A DNA stretch of 64,000 nt from Halodesulfurarchaeum sp. (GTDB lineage Archaea; Halobacteriota; Halobacteria; Halobacteriales; Halobacteriaceae): NCBI GenBank assembly GCA_034520565.1, contig JAXHNL010000002.1, forward strand, positions 320,001-384,000. Reading direction: 5' to 3'. The notes beneath the pieces were generated by a model, which ran no database searches, was not told the origin of the DNA, and was given only the letters and a program-made list of their open reading frames with translations. The position numbers and the translations under genes are program-made. This document shows positions 52,376 through 61,819 of this stretch, one piece after another (positions within the stretch are counted from its first letter, which is position 1; the number at the start of each line of letters is the position of its first letter).

Positions 52376-52660
52376 ATGAGCACGGACCTCGATGGCGGCG
52401 ACGGGCGAATGAGGAAGATCAACGTCAGGGTGCCAGAAACGCTGATCGAAGAAATCGAGGATGAATGGGAAACGCGGGGATACTCGAGCATGTCCGAAGC
52501 CATTCGTGATGCACTCCGTGACTGGGTGCACTCGCCCGCGAGTCTTTCTGCGGAAACGCTCAGCGCTCTCGAGGCGAGTCGCCAACAAGTCGAGGGAGGG
52601 GAGACGGTTTCCCTCGAAGAAGTAGCCGAGAAACACGACGTGCACCTCGACGACGCATAA
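52376..52660 (+). CDS. Ribbon-helix-helix antitoxin
   Basis: KINVRVPE.L.EEI...GYSSMSEAIRDALRDW, C-terminal VSLEEV. Confidence 0.87.
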   Translation: MSTDLDGGDGRMRKINVRVPETLIEEIEDEWETRGYSSMSEAIRDALRDWVHSPASLSAETLSALEASRQQVEGGETVSLEEVAEKHDVHLDDA

Positions 52661-52666
52661 ATATCG

Positions 52667-52929
52667 ATGACCGAGGTCGAGCTGACGCCGCAGGCCGATG
52701 AGCAGCTGGCAGCGCTCGAAGCGAAAACCCGAGAGCGGTTGCTCAAGAAACTGGCCGAGGCGCAGGATTGGACGGATCACCACCTCGATCGACTCGCCGG
52801 CAGGCCGTACTACAAACTCCGACCGGAGACTACCGGGCGATCATCGACTGGGACCGAGAAGCCGATGTGCTTCGGGTCGTCGCCATCGGCCATCGCCGAA
52901 ACGTATACGATCGCCATCTCCCGCCGTGA
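52667..52929 (+). pseudogene. RelE-family toxin with 1-nt deletion near 52823
   Basis: VELTPQA..QLAAL...YYKLR, then in another frame GDYRAIIDWD...VVAIGHRRNVY; could be a sequencing error. Confidence 0.75.
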
Positions 52930-53051
52930 CCCCATTTCCAGTTGAGCAGAGGGTACCGTGGCCTGCTCCCCTCGCTCGTTCCGAATCGCTCGTTTGAACG
53001 CCCCAAATCGATGGCGTGGAACCTTTATATCGGTCGGGGCAACCGGGAGAC

Positions 53052-54704
53052 ATGGACGGCACCCGGTCCCGGTTGACGCGGCGCTCCTGGCTGCTCGTCG
53101 GGATCGCCGCCGTCGCGATCGCGCTTCGGTTGATCGGCCTCGGGGCGCGAGTCGCCCACCAGGACGAGGCACGGGTGGCGGGCTGGATCCTCCACTACGT
53201 TGCCGTCGACGCCTGGGAGTACCGGGCGATCATCCACGGCCCCTTCCTCCCACACGTCAACGGTGTCGTCTTCAATCTGCTCGGCCCGTCGGATTTCTCG
53301 ATGCGGCTCATCGTCGCCCTCGTCGGTGGGCTGTTGCCGCTCTCGGCGTGGCTGCTGCGGGATCGGTTAAAGCGTCGCGAACTCCTGTTTCTCGGGGCCA
53401 TCCTCGCGTTCAACCCGATCCTGCTCTACTACTCCCGGTTCATGCGCAACGACGTCCTCCTCGCGGCCTTTGCCTTCCTGAGCTTCGCCCTCGTCGTCCG
53501 GTCGATCGACACCGGCAGGCGGCGGTACCTGCTCGGTGCCGGACTCGCCTTCGGGCTCGCGATGACGACGAAGGAAAACGCGCTCCTCTATCCGGTGACC
53601 TGGGCCGGCGCGCTCGTGCTCCTGCTCGACCAGCGACTCTTCCTCGCCCGATACCGGGAACGGGGGTGGTATCACACCCTCAAGGCAACGCTGTGGCGAG
53701 CCATCACGAACGTCTGGCGAGTCAAGTACGCAGTCCTCGGAGGGGTCCTCCTGCTCGCGTTCGTCGTCGTCTGGTTCTACGCGCCCAAGCCGGACCTCTA
53801 CCAGGCGTTGGGGAATCCCATACAGCTTCCCGGAGTCCTGGAGGAGGCGACGCTGGGGACCTGGGAGAAGTTCGCCGACCTGTGGGGCAGTACCGGCATG
53901 CAGGAACACTCGTACGTGAACTTCCTGGGACACCTCCTGAAGGTGCTCGCCGTCGGCGGGCTGACCACGCTCGTCTTCGGGGGCATCGGCTTTCTCGCCG
54001 ACCGCTACCGGCCGGCCGGTCCCCGGGACGTCGTCGCGCTGGCGTTCTACTGGGGGCTGGCAAGCCTGCTCGGGTACCCGATCGTCTCGGACATCAAGGC
54101 CGGGTGGACGGCCGTCCACGTGCTCGTTCCCCTCGCGATTCCGGCGGCAGTTGGGCTGGCCGTGGTTCTCCGACGGGCCGAGCGGGGGCTCCGTCAGGAC
54201 GACCGCCGAACTGCGGCGATCGCACTTATCCTGCTTCTCGGCGCGGCACTCGTGACCGCGGGCGGCGGCATCGCCGTCAACGTCGTCTACCCGGCAGACG
54301 ACCGGAACCCCGTGGTCCAGTACGCCCAGCCGGCCGGAGACATGAAACCCACGCTCGCCGAAATCGAGGAGATCGCCGCCGAGACCGAGGGGATCGACGT
54401 CATGTTCTACGGCGAGGAGTTCTACACCGCGGGCGAATTCGAGGAGCCGGCCACCCTGGACATCGATAGCGGACCGCCGGGAAGCTGGTTCGACCGATTG
54501 CCGCTCCCCTGGTACCTCGAACGATACGACGCCCGGGTCGCCAGCACGGAGGACCCCGCTGTCGTGCTCGAACACGACCCGCCAGTGGTCATTGCCGTCG
54601 AGGAGGACGCCAGAGACGTCCGCCATCGGCTCGACGGATACCGCGAGGTCACCCACCAGGGATACCTCCACAGCCGCCCGATCGTCTTTTTCGTCCGCGA
54701 GTAG
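53052..54704 (+). CDS. GT-C-fold membrane protein (TIGR03663/Agl23-like)
   Basis: HQDEARV, IIHGPFL, YYSRFMRND, TKEN, many TM helices. Confidence 0.8.
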   Translation: MDGTRSRLTRRSWLLVGIAAVAIALRLIGLGARVAHQDEARVAGWILHYVAVDAWEYRAIIHGPFLPHVNGVVFNLLGPSDFSMRLIVALVGGLLPLSAWLLRDRLKRRELLFLGAILAFNPILLYYSRFMRNDVLLAAFAFLSFALVVRSIDTGRRRYLLGAGLAFGLAMTTKENALLYPVTWAGALVLLLDQRLFLARYRERGWYHTLKATLWRAITNVWRVKYAVLGGVLLLAFVVVWFYAPKPDLYQALGNPIQLPGVLEEATLGTWEKFADLWGSTGMQEHSYVNFLGHLLKVLAVGGLTTLVFGGIGFLADRYRPAGPRDVVALAFYWGLASLLGYPIVSDIKAGWTAVHVLVPLAIPAAVGLAVVLRRAERGLRQDDRRTAAIALILLLGAALVTAGGGIAVNVVYPADDRNPVVQYAQPAGDMKPTLAEIEEIAAETEGIDVMFYGEEFYTAGEFEEPATLDIDSGPPGSWFDRLPLPWYLERYDARVASTEDPAVVLEHDPPVVIAVEEDARDVRHRLDGYREVTHQGYLHSRPIVFFVRE

Positions 54705-54771
54705 TTCGCGAGCGGAACCCGGGATCGCTGGGTCGACGGCCTTTTCAAGTGGGGCCGGGTAGTTCTGTAAG

Positions 54772-56091
54772 ATGGAAAACCGGCAACTGGACGTCGTCGA
54801 GGTGCTGCTCACCGGGATCTGCTACGATCGTAACCCGGAACTCGACGAGAACGACCTCCCGCCTGCCATTCGGACCGCGCTCTGGTCCGGTGACGGGGTC
54901 AGCCGTCCCCCGAAACCCGACGAGGACGACATCGCGGCAGCCACGAGCATCGAGGATCCATGGGCCGAGATCTCCGGGCTCATGTTCACCGACCGGGACA
55001 GCTTCTCCGGGACGATCTCGGTGACCGACGAGGACATGCTCGAGGAGTGGTTCCTCGAGCGGGCCGAGCCCGAACGCCTCCAGGCAAACCCGACCCTGGC
55101 CTACGAGTATCGGGACCACGAGGGCTGGGACCTCGATTACGAGGCCGCCAGAGAGGCGAACCGCCCCGTGCACGCCGACCCGCAGTACATCCAGTCTCAG
55201 TTGGATTCGTACTTCGACGAGGACGACGAGGAGATGCTCGACCTCGTCGAGGTTCGGGCCCCGGCCGATATCGAGATCACCCTCGACGATCTCGTGCTGA
55301 CGAAAGACCAGTCGACGGAGGTCCGAAAGGTCGCAAAGGCCATCGAGCACCGGGATTACCTCGCGGAGATCGGCCTCCGGGAGATCGGCAAGCTGCTCTT
55401 CGTCGGACCGCCCGGGACGGGAAAGACCTCCGTCGCCCGGGGACTGGCCCACCAGCTCGATCTGCCGTTCGTCGAGGTCAAGCTCTCGATGATCACGAGC
55501 CAGTACCTCGGCGAGACGGCGAAGAACGTCGAGAAGGTCTTCGAGGTTGCAAAGCGACTTTCGCCCTGTATCCTCTTCATCGACGAGTTCGACTTCGTCG
55601 CGAAAACCCGGACCAGCGACGAACACGCGGCCATCAAGCGGGCCGTGAACACCCTGCTAAAGTCGATCGACGAGGTGAGCCTGATCCGGGACGACGTACT
55701 GCTCATCGGGGCGACCAACCACCCCGACGAACTCGACGCCGCCGCCTGGCGGCGCTTCGACGAGATCCTCCACTTCCCCAGACCGGACGAGTCGATGCGG
55801 AAGGGGATCCTCGACCTGGTCACCGCCGACATCGATATCGAGGACTTCGACGCGGCCGAGATCGCCGCCGAGACGGAGGGGCTCACCGGCAGCGACCTGC
55901 GACTGGTGCTCCGAGAGGCCGTCCTCTCCGCACTCGTCTCCGATCGTACCACCCTCTCCCAGCAGGACCTCCTCGACGCCGTCGAGGAGTTCGAGGAGCG
56001 GGATCACATGCGGAACCTCGAGACCATCGAGGAAGCGCTCGACACCGAGGGCGAACACGACCACGAGCACGATCACGCCCCGAAGCCATAG
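54772..56091 (+). CDS. AAA+ ATPase, single module with long N-terminal domain
   Basis: GPPGTGKT, ILFIDEFD, ATNHP..LD.AAWRRFD. Confidence 0.92.
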   Translation: MENRQLDVVEVLLTGICYDRNPELDENDLPPAIRTALWSGDGVSRPPKPDEDDIAAATSIEDPWAEISGLMFTDRDSFSGTISVTDEDMLEEWFLERAEPERLQANPTLAYEYRDHEGWDLDYEAAREANRPVHADPQYIQSQLDSYFDEDDEEMLDLVEVRAPADIEITLDDLVLTKDQSTEVRKVAKAIEHRDYLAEIGLREIGKLLFVGPPGTGKTSVARGLAHQLDLPFVEVKLSMITSQYLGETAKNVEKVFEVAKRLSPCILFIDEFDFVAKTRTSDEHAAIKRAVNTLLKSIDEVSLIRDDVLLIGATNHPDELDAAAWRRFDEILHFPRPDESMRKGILDLVTADIDIEDFDAAEIAAETEGLTGSDLRLVLREAVLSALVSDRTTLSQQDLLDAVEEFEERDHMRNLETIEEALDTEGEHDHEHDHAPKP

Positions 56092-56117
56092 ATGTCGGCC
56101 CCTCGACGTGGCTGACG

Positions 56118-56936
56118 ATGCGTGTGACGCTCCTCGGAACCGGGGACACCGCCGGAACCCCGGTACCCCGGTGTGACTGCCCGACCTGCACCCGGGCCCG
56201 GGAAACCGGCCAGGAGCGCTCGCGATTCTCCGTCCACGTCCAGAACGACCGTACCGGCGAGAGCCTCCTGATCGACGCGAGTCCGGACTTCCGCTCGCAG
56301 TTCCTCCGAACCGAGGTGCCCCTCCCCGAGGAGGCGATCATCACCCACGTGCACTTCGACCACCTCGACGGTCTGGGGAACGCCTACCGTCTACTCCCGG
56401 AACTGACCGTTCACGCGGCAAACGAGACGGACCCCGAGACGGGCGAATCCGTCGCCGAAACCGTCGCGAGTCGGTACTCGTACCTCGACCGCGTGACCGT
56501 CCGGCCCCAGTCGCCGTTCGAGCCTTTCGAGGCCGCCGGCTTTTCGGTCACGCTCGTTCCGGTCGAACATCCACCCCTCCTGAGTTACGGGCTGCGAATC
56601 GAGGGCAGGAACGCCACGCTCGCACTCACCGGCGACACGAGTTACGCCATCCCCGATCGCTCCCGGGCGGCCTTGCGAGGGGCCGACCTCCTGCTCGCGG
56701 AGGCGATCGTGCCCGCCTCGATGTGCGAGAAACACCCGCTCGGCGGGCGGCACCCGGACGAAAACGGGGTCCCCCGCTCGTTTGGGACCAAGCACATGAC
56801 CCGAGAAGGGGCACTGGCGATAGCCGCGGAACTCGACGCCGAGCAGGTCCGACTGGTCCACCTCTCCCATCGCTACCCCGTCGAGGAAGCCTTCGACCCC
56901 GAACTCGGCGTGGACGGGGAGCAAATCGACTTGTGA
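56118..56936 (+). CDS. PhnP-like MBL-fold hydrolase
   Basis: LLGTG...PRCDCPTC, THVHFDH, TGDT, KHMT, VHLSH. Confidence 0.88.
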   Translation: MRVTLLGTGDTAGTPVPRCDCPTCTRARETGQERSRFSVHVQNDRTGESLLIDASPDFRSQFLRTEVPLPEEAIITHVHFDHLDGLGNAYRLLPELTVHAANETDPETGESVAETVASRYSYLDRVTVRPQSPFEPFEAAGFSVTLVPVEHPPLLSYGLRIEGRNATLALTGDTSYAIPDRSRAALRGADLLLAEAIVPASMCEKHPLGGRHPDENGVPRSFGTKHMTREGALAIAAELDAEQVRLVHLSHRYPVEEAFDPELGVDGEQIDL

Positions 56937-56976
56937 GTGACGACCCGAACGCGGGCCAATCCTGTCGATCTGTCGG

Positions 56977-57981
56977 TCACTCTTCCCGAAACCGATCCAA
57001 AAACGCCTGTCTTCGGGCCCGCCCCGGCGGGTTTCGGACCCATGGGGTCCGGCGCTCCCGCTCGGCCCGGAGATCGACGTCCGGTTCCGGACCCGGTTCG
57101 AAGCCCGGACACCCGGACCCACATTCCGCCGACGACTCGACCAGCCGCCCGGCCCACGAACAGCCGGGCAGCCCGTCAGTCCCGGCGACCGTCTCCGGTT
57201 CGAGGTTCCCACAGTTCGGCAGTGTGACCGGTCGCCACCCCTTGCCGTAGGCCCGTTCGGCGATCCGACGGCGCTGGCGGGCCTTCGCCGCTTCCGGCAC
57301 GAAGGACACGTCGAACTGGCCGGGCCGTTCTGCCCGAATCTCGAAGCTCGGTTCGGTCGAGGACAGGGACGCCGGCTCCCGGATCACCTCGACGGCGGGC
57401 GCTGCCGGATCGACTCGCCAGATCCCGACCGGGTCCGGAAGCCGGTGTCGATGGGCCCGGGTCACGTGGGAGGCCGTCGCGAGCACGACGTAATCCAGGA
57501 TCTGCAGGCTCACGTCCCGGCGGAGCTGGGCGGCGAGGTCGCCGGGCGTCCCGAGGTCGGGCTTGTTTTCGATGCCGACCAGGGTGGAAAACCAGTCCGG
57601 GTAGCGGGCGACCTGCCGGGCAACCGTCCGGCTGTCCCGGCGCGTGACCTCGAAAAAACCGATCTCGGCCGCCCGCTCGGCCACCGTCCGGGCGACCTTC
57701 GGGGGTGCGTCGATCGCGTCGGTCACGGCTTTGCACTGCCCGACCGGGACCGAACTCTCGATCGCGAGCGGCGGGATGGTCGACGGGGTGAGCGCGACTC
57801 GGTCGGTGAACTCGGGACCGGCCTCCACGGCGATCAGGTCGAGGATCCGGGACCCAGATCCCACGACGCTGGTCCCGAGCTGCCGGGCGAGAATTCCCGG
57901 CTCGTCGCCTCCCAGCCCCCCTGGGAGGCCCTCGCGCTCGAGGAGCGCGGCCAGGCGCAGTTCGAAGTCGTACTCGCGCAC
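56977..57981 (-). CDS. Conserved haloarchaeal protein (DUF5787-like, nuclease-like IENK motif)
   Basis: FEL.L, RQLG, IENKPDL, ERAYGKGWR, C-terminal Cys cluster. Confidence 0.75.
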   Translation of the reverse strand: MREYDFELRLAALLEREGLPGGLGGDEPGILARQLGTSVVGSGSRILDLIAVEAGPEFTDRVALTPSTIPPLAIESSVPVGQCKAVTDAIDAPPKVARTVAERAAEIGFFEVTRRDSRTVARQVARYPDWFSTLVGIENKPDLGTPGDLAAQLRRDVSLQILDYVVLATASHVTRAHRHRLPDPVGIWRVDPAAPAVEVIREPASLSSTEPSFEIRAERPGQFDVSFVPEAAKARQRRRIAERAYGKGWRPVTLPNCGNLEPETVAGTDGLPGCSWAGRLVESSAECGSGCPGFEPGPEPDVDLRAERERRTPWVRNPPGRARRQAFLDRFREE

Positions 57982-58052
57982 GGCTCACCGTAGCCAGTAG
58001 ACGGACAAAAGGCGTTCCCCGGGATCTGGCGCTCGAACGACCGGTTCGGCCC

Positions 58053-58262
58053 CTACCGCTTCGTGCTGATCCCCAGGGGCTTGTACAGGAGACACTGCTG
58101 GGTGTACCCCGTCCAGAGTAACACGAGTCCGACGACCAGCGCCACGATACCGCCTGCCAGTCCGAGTCCCTGTCCGAGCACCGAGACACCCCCGAGAATC
58201 GTCAGGAGTATCCCGAGTGCAATACGGAGGGTTTGATCGGTGTTGCCGACGTTCTGTTCCAT
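58053..58262 (-). CDS. DUF2892/YgaP-like membrane protein
   Basis: NVGNTD..LR...TG...CLLY..LGIST. Confidence 0.85.
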   Translation of the reverse strand: MEQNVGNTDQTLRIALGILLTILGGVSVLGQGLGLAGGIVALVVGLVLLWTGYTQQCLLYKPLGISTKR

Positions 58263-58404
58263 ACCCGGTTTACTGGTGCAATCGACTTACCCCTTTTGAC
58301 GGTCGAACCGCCGACGGGCGGGGACGAGAGGGGTTCGTCGACGGCCGGAACAGTAGGTTTATCAGTCGTTCCTCGCGAAAATCGGACAAGATTACTTCGT
58401 GACC

Positions 58405-59643
58405 ATGGAAACCGACACCCGTCAACCGGAGGTGAACATCGGACTCGTCGGGCACGTGGACCACGGGAAGACCACCCTGGTTCGGGCCCTTTCCGGCGAG
58501 TGGACCGACCAGCACTCGGAGGAGCTCAAGCGAGGCATCTCGATCAGGCTGGGCTACGCCGATACCACCCTCCGTCGCTGTCCCGAGTGTGATACTCCCG
58601 AGGCCTACACGGTCGAGGAGACCTGCCCGGAACACGACGTCGAGACCGAGATCCTCCGCACGGTCTCCTTCGTCGACGCCCCGGGCCACGAGACGCTAAT
58701 GGCGACGATGCTCTCCGGCGCGGCGCTCATGGACGGGGCGGTGCTGGTCGTCTCGGCGACCGAGCCGGTCCCCCAGCCACAGACCGAGGAGCACCTGATG
58801 GCCCTCGACAGCATCGGGATCGAGAACATCGTCGTCGCCCAGAACAAGGTCGACCTCGTCGACGGCGAGACGGCCCGCGAGAACTACGAACAGATCACGG
58901 AGTTCGTCGAGGGGACCGTCGCCGAGGGCGCCCCGATCGTCCCGATCAGCGCCGAACAGGAGATCAACATCGACCTCATCATCGAGGCGCTCCAGGAGAC
59001 CATTCCGACCCCCGAGCGGGATCCGGAAACCGATCCCCGCATGTACGTCGCCCGGAGTTTCGACATCAACCGCCCCGGCACCGAGTGGGGCGAGCTCAGC
59101 GGCGGCGTCATCGGCGGCAGTCTGGTCCAGGGCATCCTCGAGACCGACACGGAAATCGAAATTCGTCCCGGACGCGAAATCGAGGAGGAGGGCCAGACAC
59201 ACTGGCAGGCCGTGACTTCTACGGTCCGGTCGATCCAGTCAGGCGAGGAACTGGTCGACTCCGCCTCGCCGGGCGGCTTGCTGGGTGTCGGGACCGGCCT
59301 CGACCCGAGCCTCACCAAGGGCGACGCCCTCGCCGGCCAGGTCGCCGGCAAACCCGGCTCGCTTCCGCCGGTCTCGGAGCAGTTCGAGATGGACATCGAC
59401 CTCCTCGACCGGCTCGTCGGTGCCGACGAGGCAGAATCAGTCGAGCCGATCAATACGGGCGAACCGCTCATGCTGACGATCGGAACGGCGACCACCGTCG
59501 GCGCAGTCACGAGCGCCCGGGACGGCGAGGCCGAAGTCAACCTCAAACGGCCGGTCTGTGCCCCCGAGGGAGCGACGATCGCGATCAACCGACGGGTGGG
59601 CACCCGCTGGCGGTTGATCGGCATCGGAACCCTTCGTGGATGA
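58405..59643 (+). CDS. eif2g: Translation initiation factor aIF2 subunit gamma
   Basis: [40 protein letters not shown]. Confidence 0.97.
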   Translation: METDTRQPEVNIGLVGHVDHGKTTLVRALSGEWTDQHSEELKRGISIRLGYADTTLRRCPECDTPEAYTVEETCPEHDVETEILRTVSFVDAPGHETLMATMLSGAALMDGAVLVVSATEPVPQPQTEEHLMALDSIGIENIVVAQNKVDLVDGETARENYEQITEFVEGTVAEGAPIVPISAEQEINIDLIIEALQETIPTPERDPETDPRMYVARSFDINRPGTEWGELSGGVIGGSLVQGILETDTEIEIRPGREIEEEGQTHWQAVTSTVRSIQSGEELVDSASPGGLLGVGTGLDPSLTKGDALAGQVAGKPGSLPPVSEQFEMDIDLLDRLVGADEAESVEPINTGEPLMLTIGTATTVGAVTSARDGEAEVNLKRPVCAPEGATIAINRRVGTRWRLIGIGTLRG

Positions 59644-60016
59644 GAGTTGCCATGGACGCGAACGCACTGATGATGCCGGTCGAGGCCGATCTGCGGGTCT
59701 TCGAGGAACTCGACAGACTCCTCGGGAGTACACGCCCGTCCTCCCCGAGACGGTCCGGGCGGAACTCGAGTCGCTCTCGGATTCGGGTGGGCAGGCCGGC
59801 CGCGCTGCCCGGGTCGGGCTGGACCTCGCCGACCGCTGCGAACCGATCGGTGCCGAAGAAACGTATGCAGACGACGCGTTGCTCGCCCTCGCCGAGACCG
59901 GCGAGGTCGATGCCGTCGTCACGAACGACGCCCCCCTCCGCGAGCGCCTCCTCGAGGCGGGCGTTCAGGTAATCCATTTAAGGGGGCGGAATCAATTAAC
60001 CCGTACTCAACCATAG
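59640..60016 (+). CDS. PIN-domain protein; apparent 1-nt deletion in the G run near 59726
   Basis: [10 protein letters not shown], then (shifted) ADDALL, VTND..LR; conserved position between aIF2-gamma and rpoE'. Confidence 0.85.
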
Positions 60017-60589
60017 ATGTACAAGCGAGTTAGACTCACAGATACGGTCGAAGTGCCCCCCGCGGCACTCGACGACGTCACCCGAGATCTCATCAAGCGA
60101 CTCCTGCAGGACAAACTGGAGGGACGGATGGACGAAGACGTCGGCTCCATCGTCACGGTCACGGAAGTACACGACATCGGCGAGGGTGCAGTCATCCCGA
60201 ACCGGCCCGGCGTGTACTACAAGGCCGAGTTCGACGCGCTGACCTTCGACCCGTCGATGCAGGAAGTCGTCGACGGCGAGATCGTCGAAGTCGTCTCCTT
60301 CGGTGCCTTCGTCGGGATCGGCCCGGTCGACGGCCTGCTTCACGTCTCCCAGATCTCCGATGAGTATCTGGCCTTCGACGAGGAGAACCAGATGCTCGCC
60401 TCCCGGGAGTCGAACAACAGCCTGGGCGTCGGCGACGCCGTGCGCGGCCGTATCGTCACCAAGTCGATCGACGAGCGCAACCCCCGAGAGTCCAAGATCG
60501 GACTCACGGCGAAACAGCCAGGGCTCGGCAAGCACGGGTGGCTTCGGGAGGCCCGACAGGAAGAGACGGCGACGGCGGAGGGCGAGTAG
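60017..60589 (+). CDS. rpoE1: RNA polymerase subunit E' (Rpo7)
   Basis: FGAFVGIGPVDGLLHVSQI, KIGLTAKQPGLGK. Confidence 0.96.
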   Translation: MYKRVRLTDTVEVPPAALDDVTRDLIKRLLQDKLEGRMDEDVGSIVTVTEVHDIGEGAVIPNRPGVYYKAEFDALTFDPSMQEVVDGEIVEVVSFGAFVGIGPVDGLLHVSQISDEYLAFDEENQMLASRESNNSLGVGDAVRGRIVTKSIDERNPRESKIGLTAKQPGLGKHGWLREARQEETATAEGE

Positions 60590-60787
60590 ATGGCCACGAA
60601 GCGCCTGTCGTGTCGTGAGTGCCACCACATCGTCGAGCCCGACCAGAACGCCTGCCCGTACTGTGGCTCTTCGAGCCTCACCGAGGACTGGGCGGGCTAC
60701 GTCGTCATCACCCACCCCGCCAAAAGCGAGATCGCCGAGAAGATGGAAGTCACCGAAGGCGGGGAGTACGCGCTGAAGGTCCGCTAA
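60590..60787 (+). CDS. spt4: Transcription elongation factor Spt4 (RpoE'')
   Basis: CREC...CPYC, W.G, YALKVR. Confidence 0.95.
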   Translation: MATKRLSCRECHHIVEPDQNACPYCGSSSLTEDWAGYVVITHPAKSEIAEKMEVTEGGEYALKVR

Positions 60788-60789
60788 CC

Positions 60790-61323
60790 GTGCCAACCGT
60801 CGTGGCCCGGCTCCCGGCCGCGGAACGCGAGGCGTTCAAAGAGCCGCTGGGGGACGTATACGAATCCACGGAGCCGCTGCTCGCGGACCGTGGAGCGCCG
60901 ATCGTCGCCGTGGGCGACGTCGTGCTCGCCCATCTCGGGCGCGCCGGGGTCACGCCGACACTCTCGATCGTCGACGGCCGGACCGAACGCGGGCCGGTCG
61001 AGGCCGACGTGCTGGCGGATCGACCCGAGGCCGCCACCGAGTTCACCGTCGAAAACCCCGCCGGAACCATCATGGCCGAGCTGGTCGAGGCAATCGAAGC
61101 CGGATTCGCCGATTCACGGCCCATGCGGATCATCGTGACGGGCGAAGAGGACCTGGCGGTCTTGCCGGCGATACTGCTCGCCCCCGCGGGCACGACGGTC
61201 GTGTACGGCCAACCGGGGGAGGGGATGGTGGCAGTCGAAGTGGACGCGGAGTTGCGGGCCAGGGTAGGGTCGCTGCTCGACCGAATGGACCGCGATTCGG
61301 CGTTCTGGGATTCTATCGCGTAG
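60790..61323 (+). CDS. GTP-dependent dephospho-CoA kinase (DUF359)
   Basis: KEPLG, VGDVV, DGRTER, NPAG, GEEDL, YGQP. Confidence 0.9.
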   Translation: MPTVVARLPAAEREAFKEPLGDVYESTEPLLADRGAPIVAVGDVVLAHLGRAGVTPTLSIVDGRTERGPVEADVLADRPEAATEFTVENPAGTIMAELVEAIEAGFADSRPMRIIVTGEEDLAVLPAILLAPAGTTVVYGQPGEGMVAVEVDAELRARVGSLLDRMDRDSAFWDSIA

Positions 61324-61382
61324 AACGGCCCGCCCTTCGAAATCCTTTTACAGATTTCGGGCTGACCTATGAGTAACTGACC

Positions 61383-61688
61383 ATGGACATCGAGATACTC
61401 GACGAGGAGGAAAACTCCCTTCTCCACCGGACTGACGTGACCTTCGAGGTCGTTCACGAGGACGCATCGCCATCCCGACTCTCCGTGCGGGACAGTCTCG
61501 CCGCCACGCTCGACCAGGACGCAGACCAGGTCGTCGTCCACAAGCTGGACACCAAGTTTGGCATGCGCAAGACCATCGGCTACGCGAAAGTCTACGAATC
61601 GGCCGAAGACGCCGCCGAAATCGAATCCGACTACATGCTCGACCGCAACAAGATCGGCGAAGAGGCCGAAGAGGAGGTGGCCGAGTAA
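61383..61688 (+). CDS. rps24e: 30S ribosomal protein S24e
   Basis: LLHR, PSR, TKFG, GYAKVY. Confidence 0.95.
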   Translation: MDIEILDEEENSLLHRTDVTFEVVHEDASPSRLSVRDSLAATLDQDADQVVVHKLDTKFGMRKTIGYAKVYESAEDAAEIESDYMLDRNKIGEEAEEEVAE

Positions 61689-61819
61689 TGGCCCGCGGCG
61701 ACTACTACGAGGACGGCGAACTCACCAAGGACCGCTGCCCGCGGTGTGAAGACGCCTTCCTCGCGGACCACAGCGACCGGCAGCACTGTGGGCGGTGTGG
61801 CTACACCGAGTGGAAGTGA
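61688..61819 (+). CDS. rps27ae: 30S ribosomal protein S27ae
   Basis: Manual translation [43 protein letters not shown]. Confidence 0.93.
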   Translation: MARGDYYEDGELTKDRCPRCEDAFLADHSDRQHCGRCGYTEWK

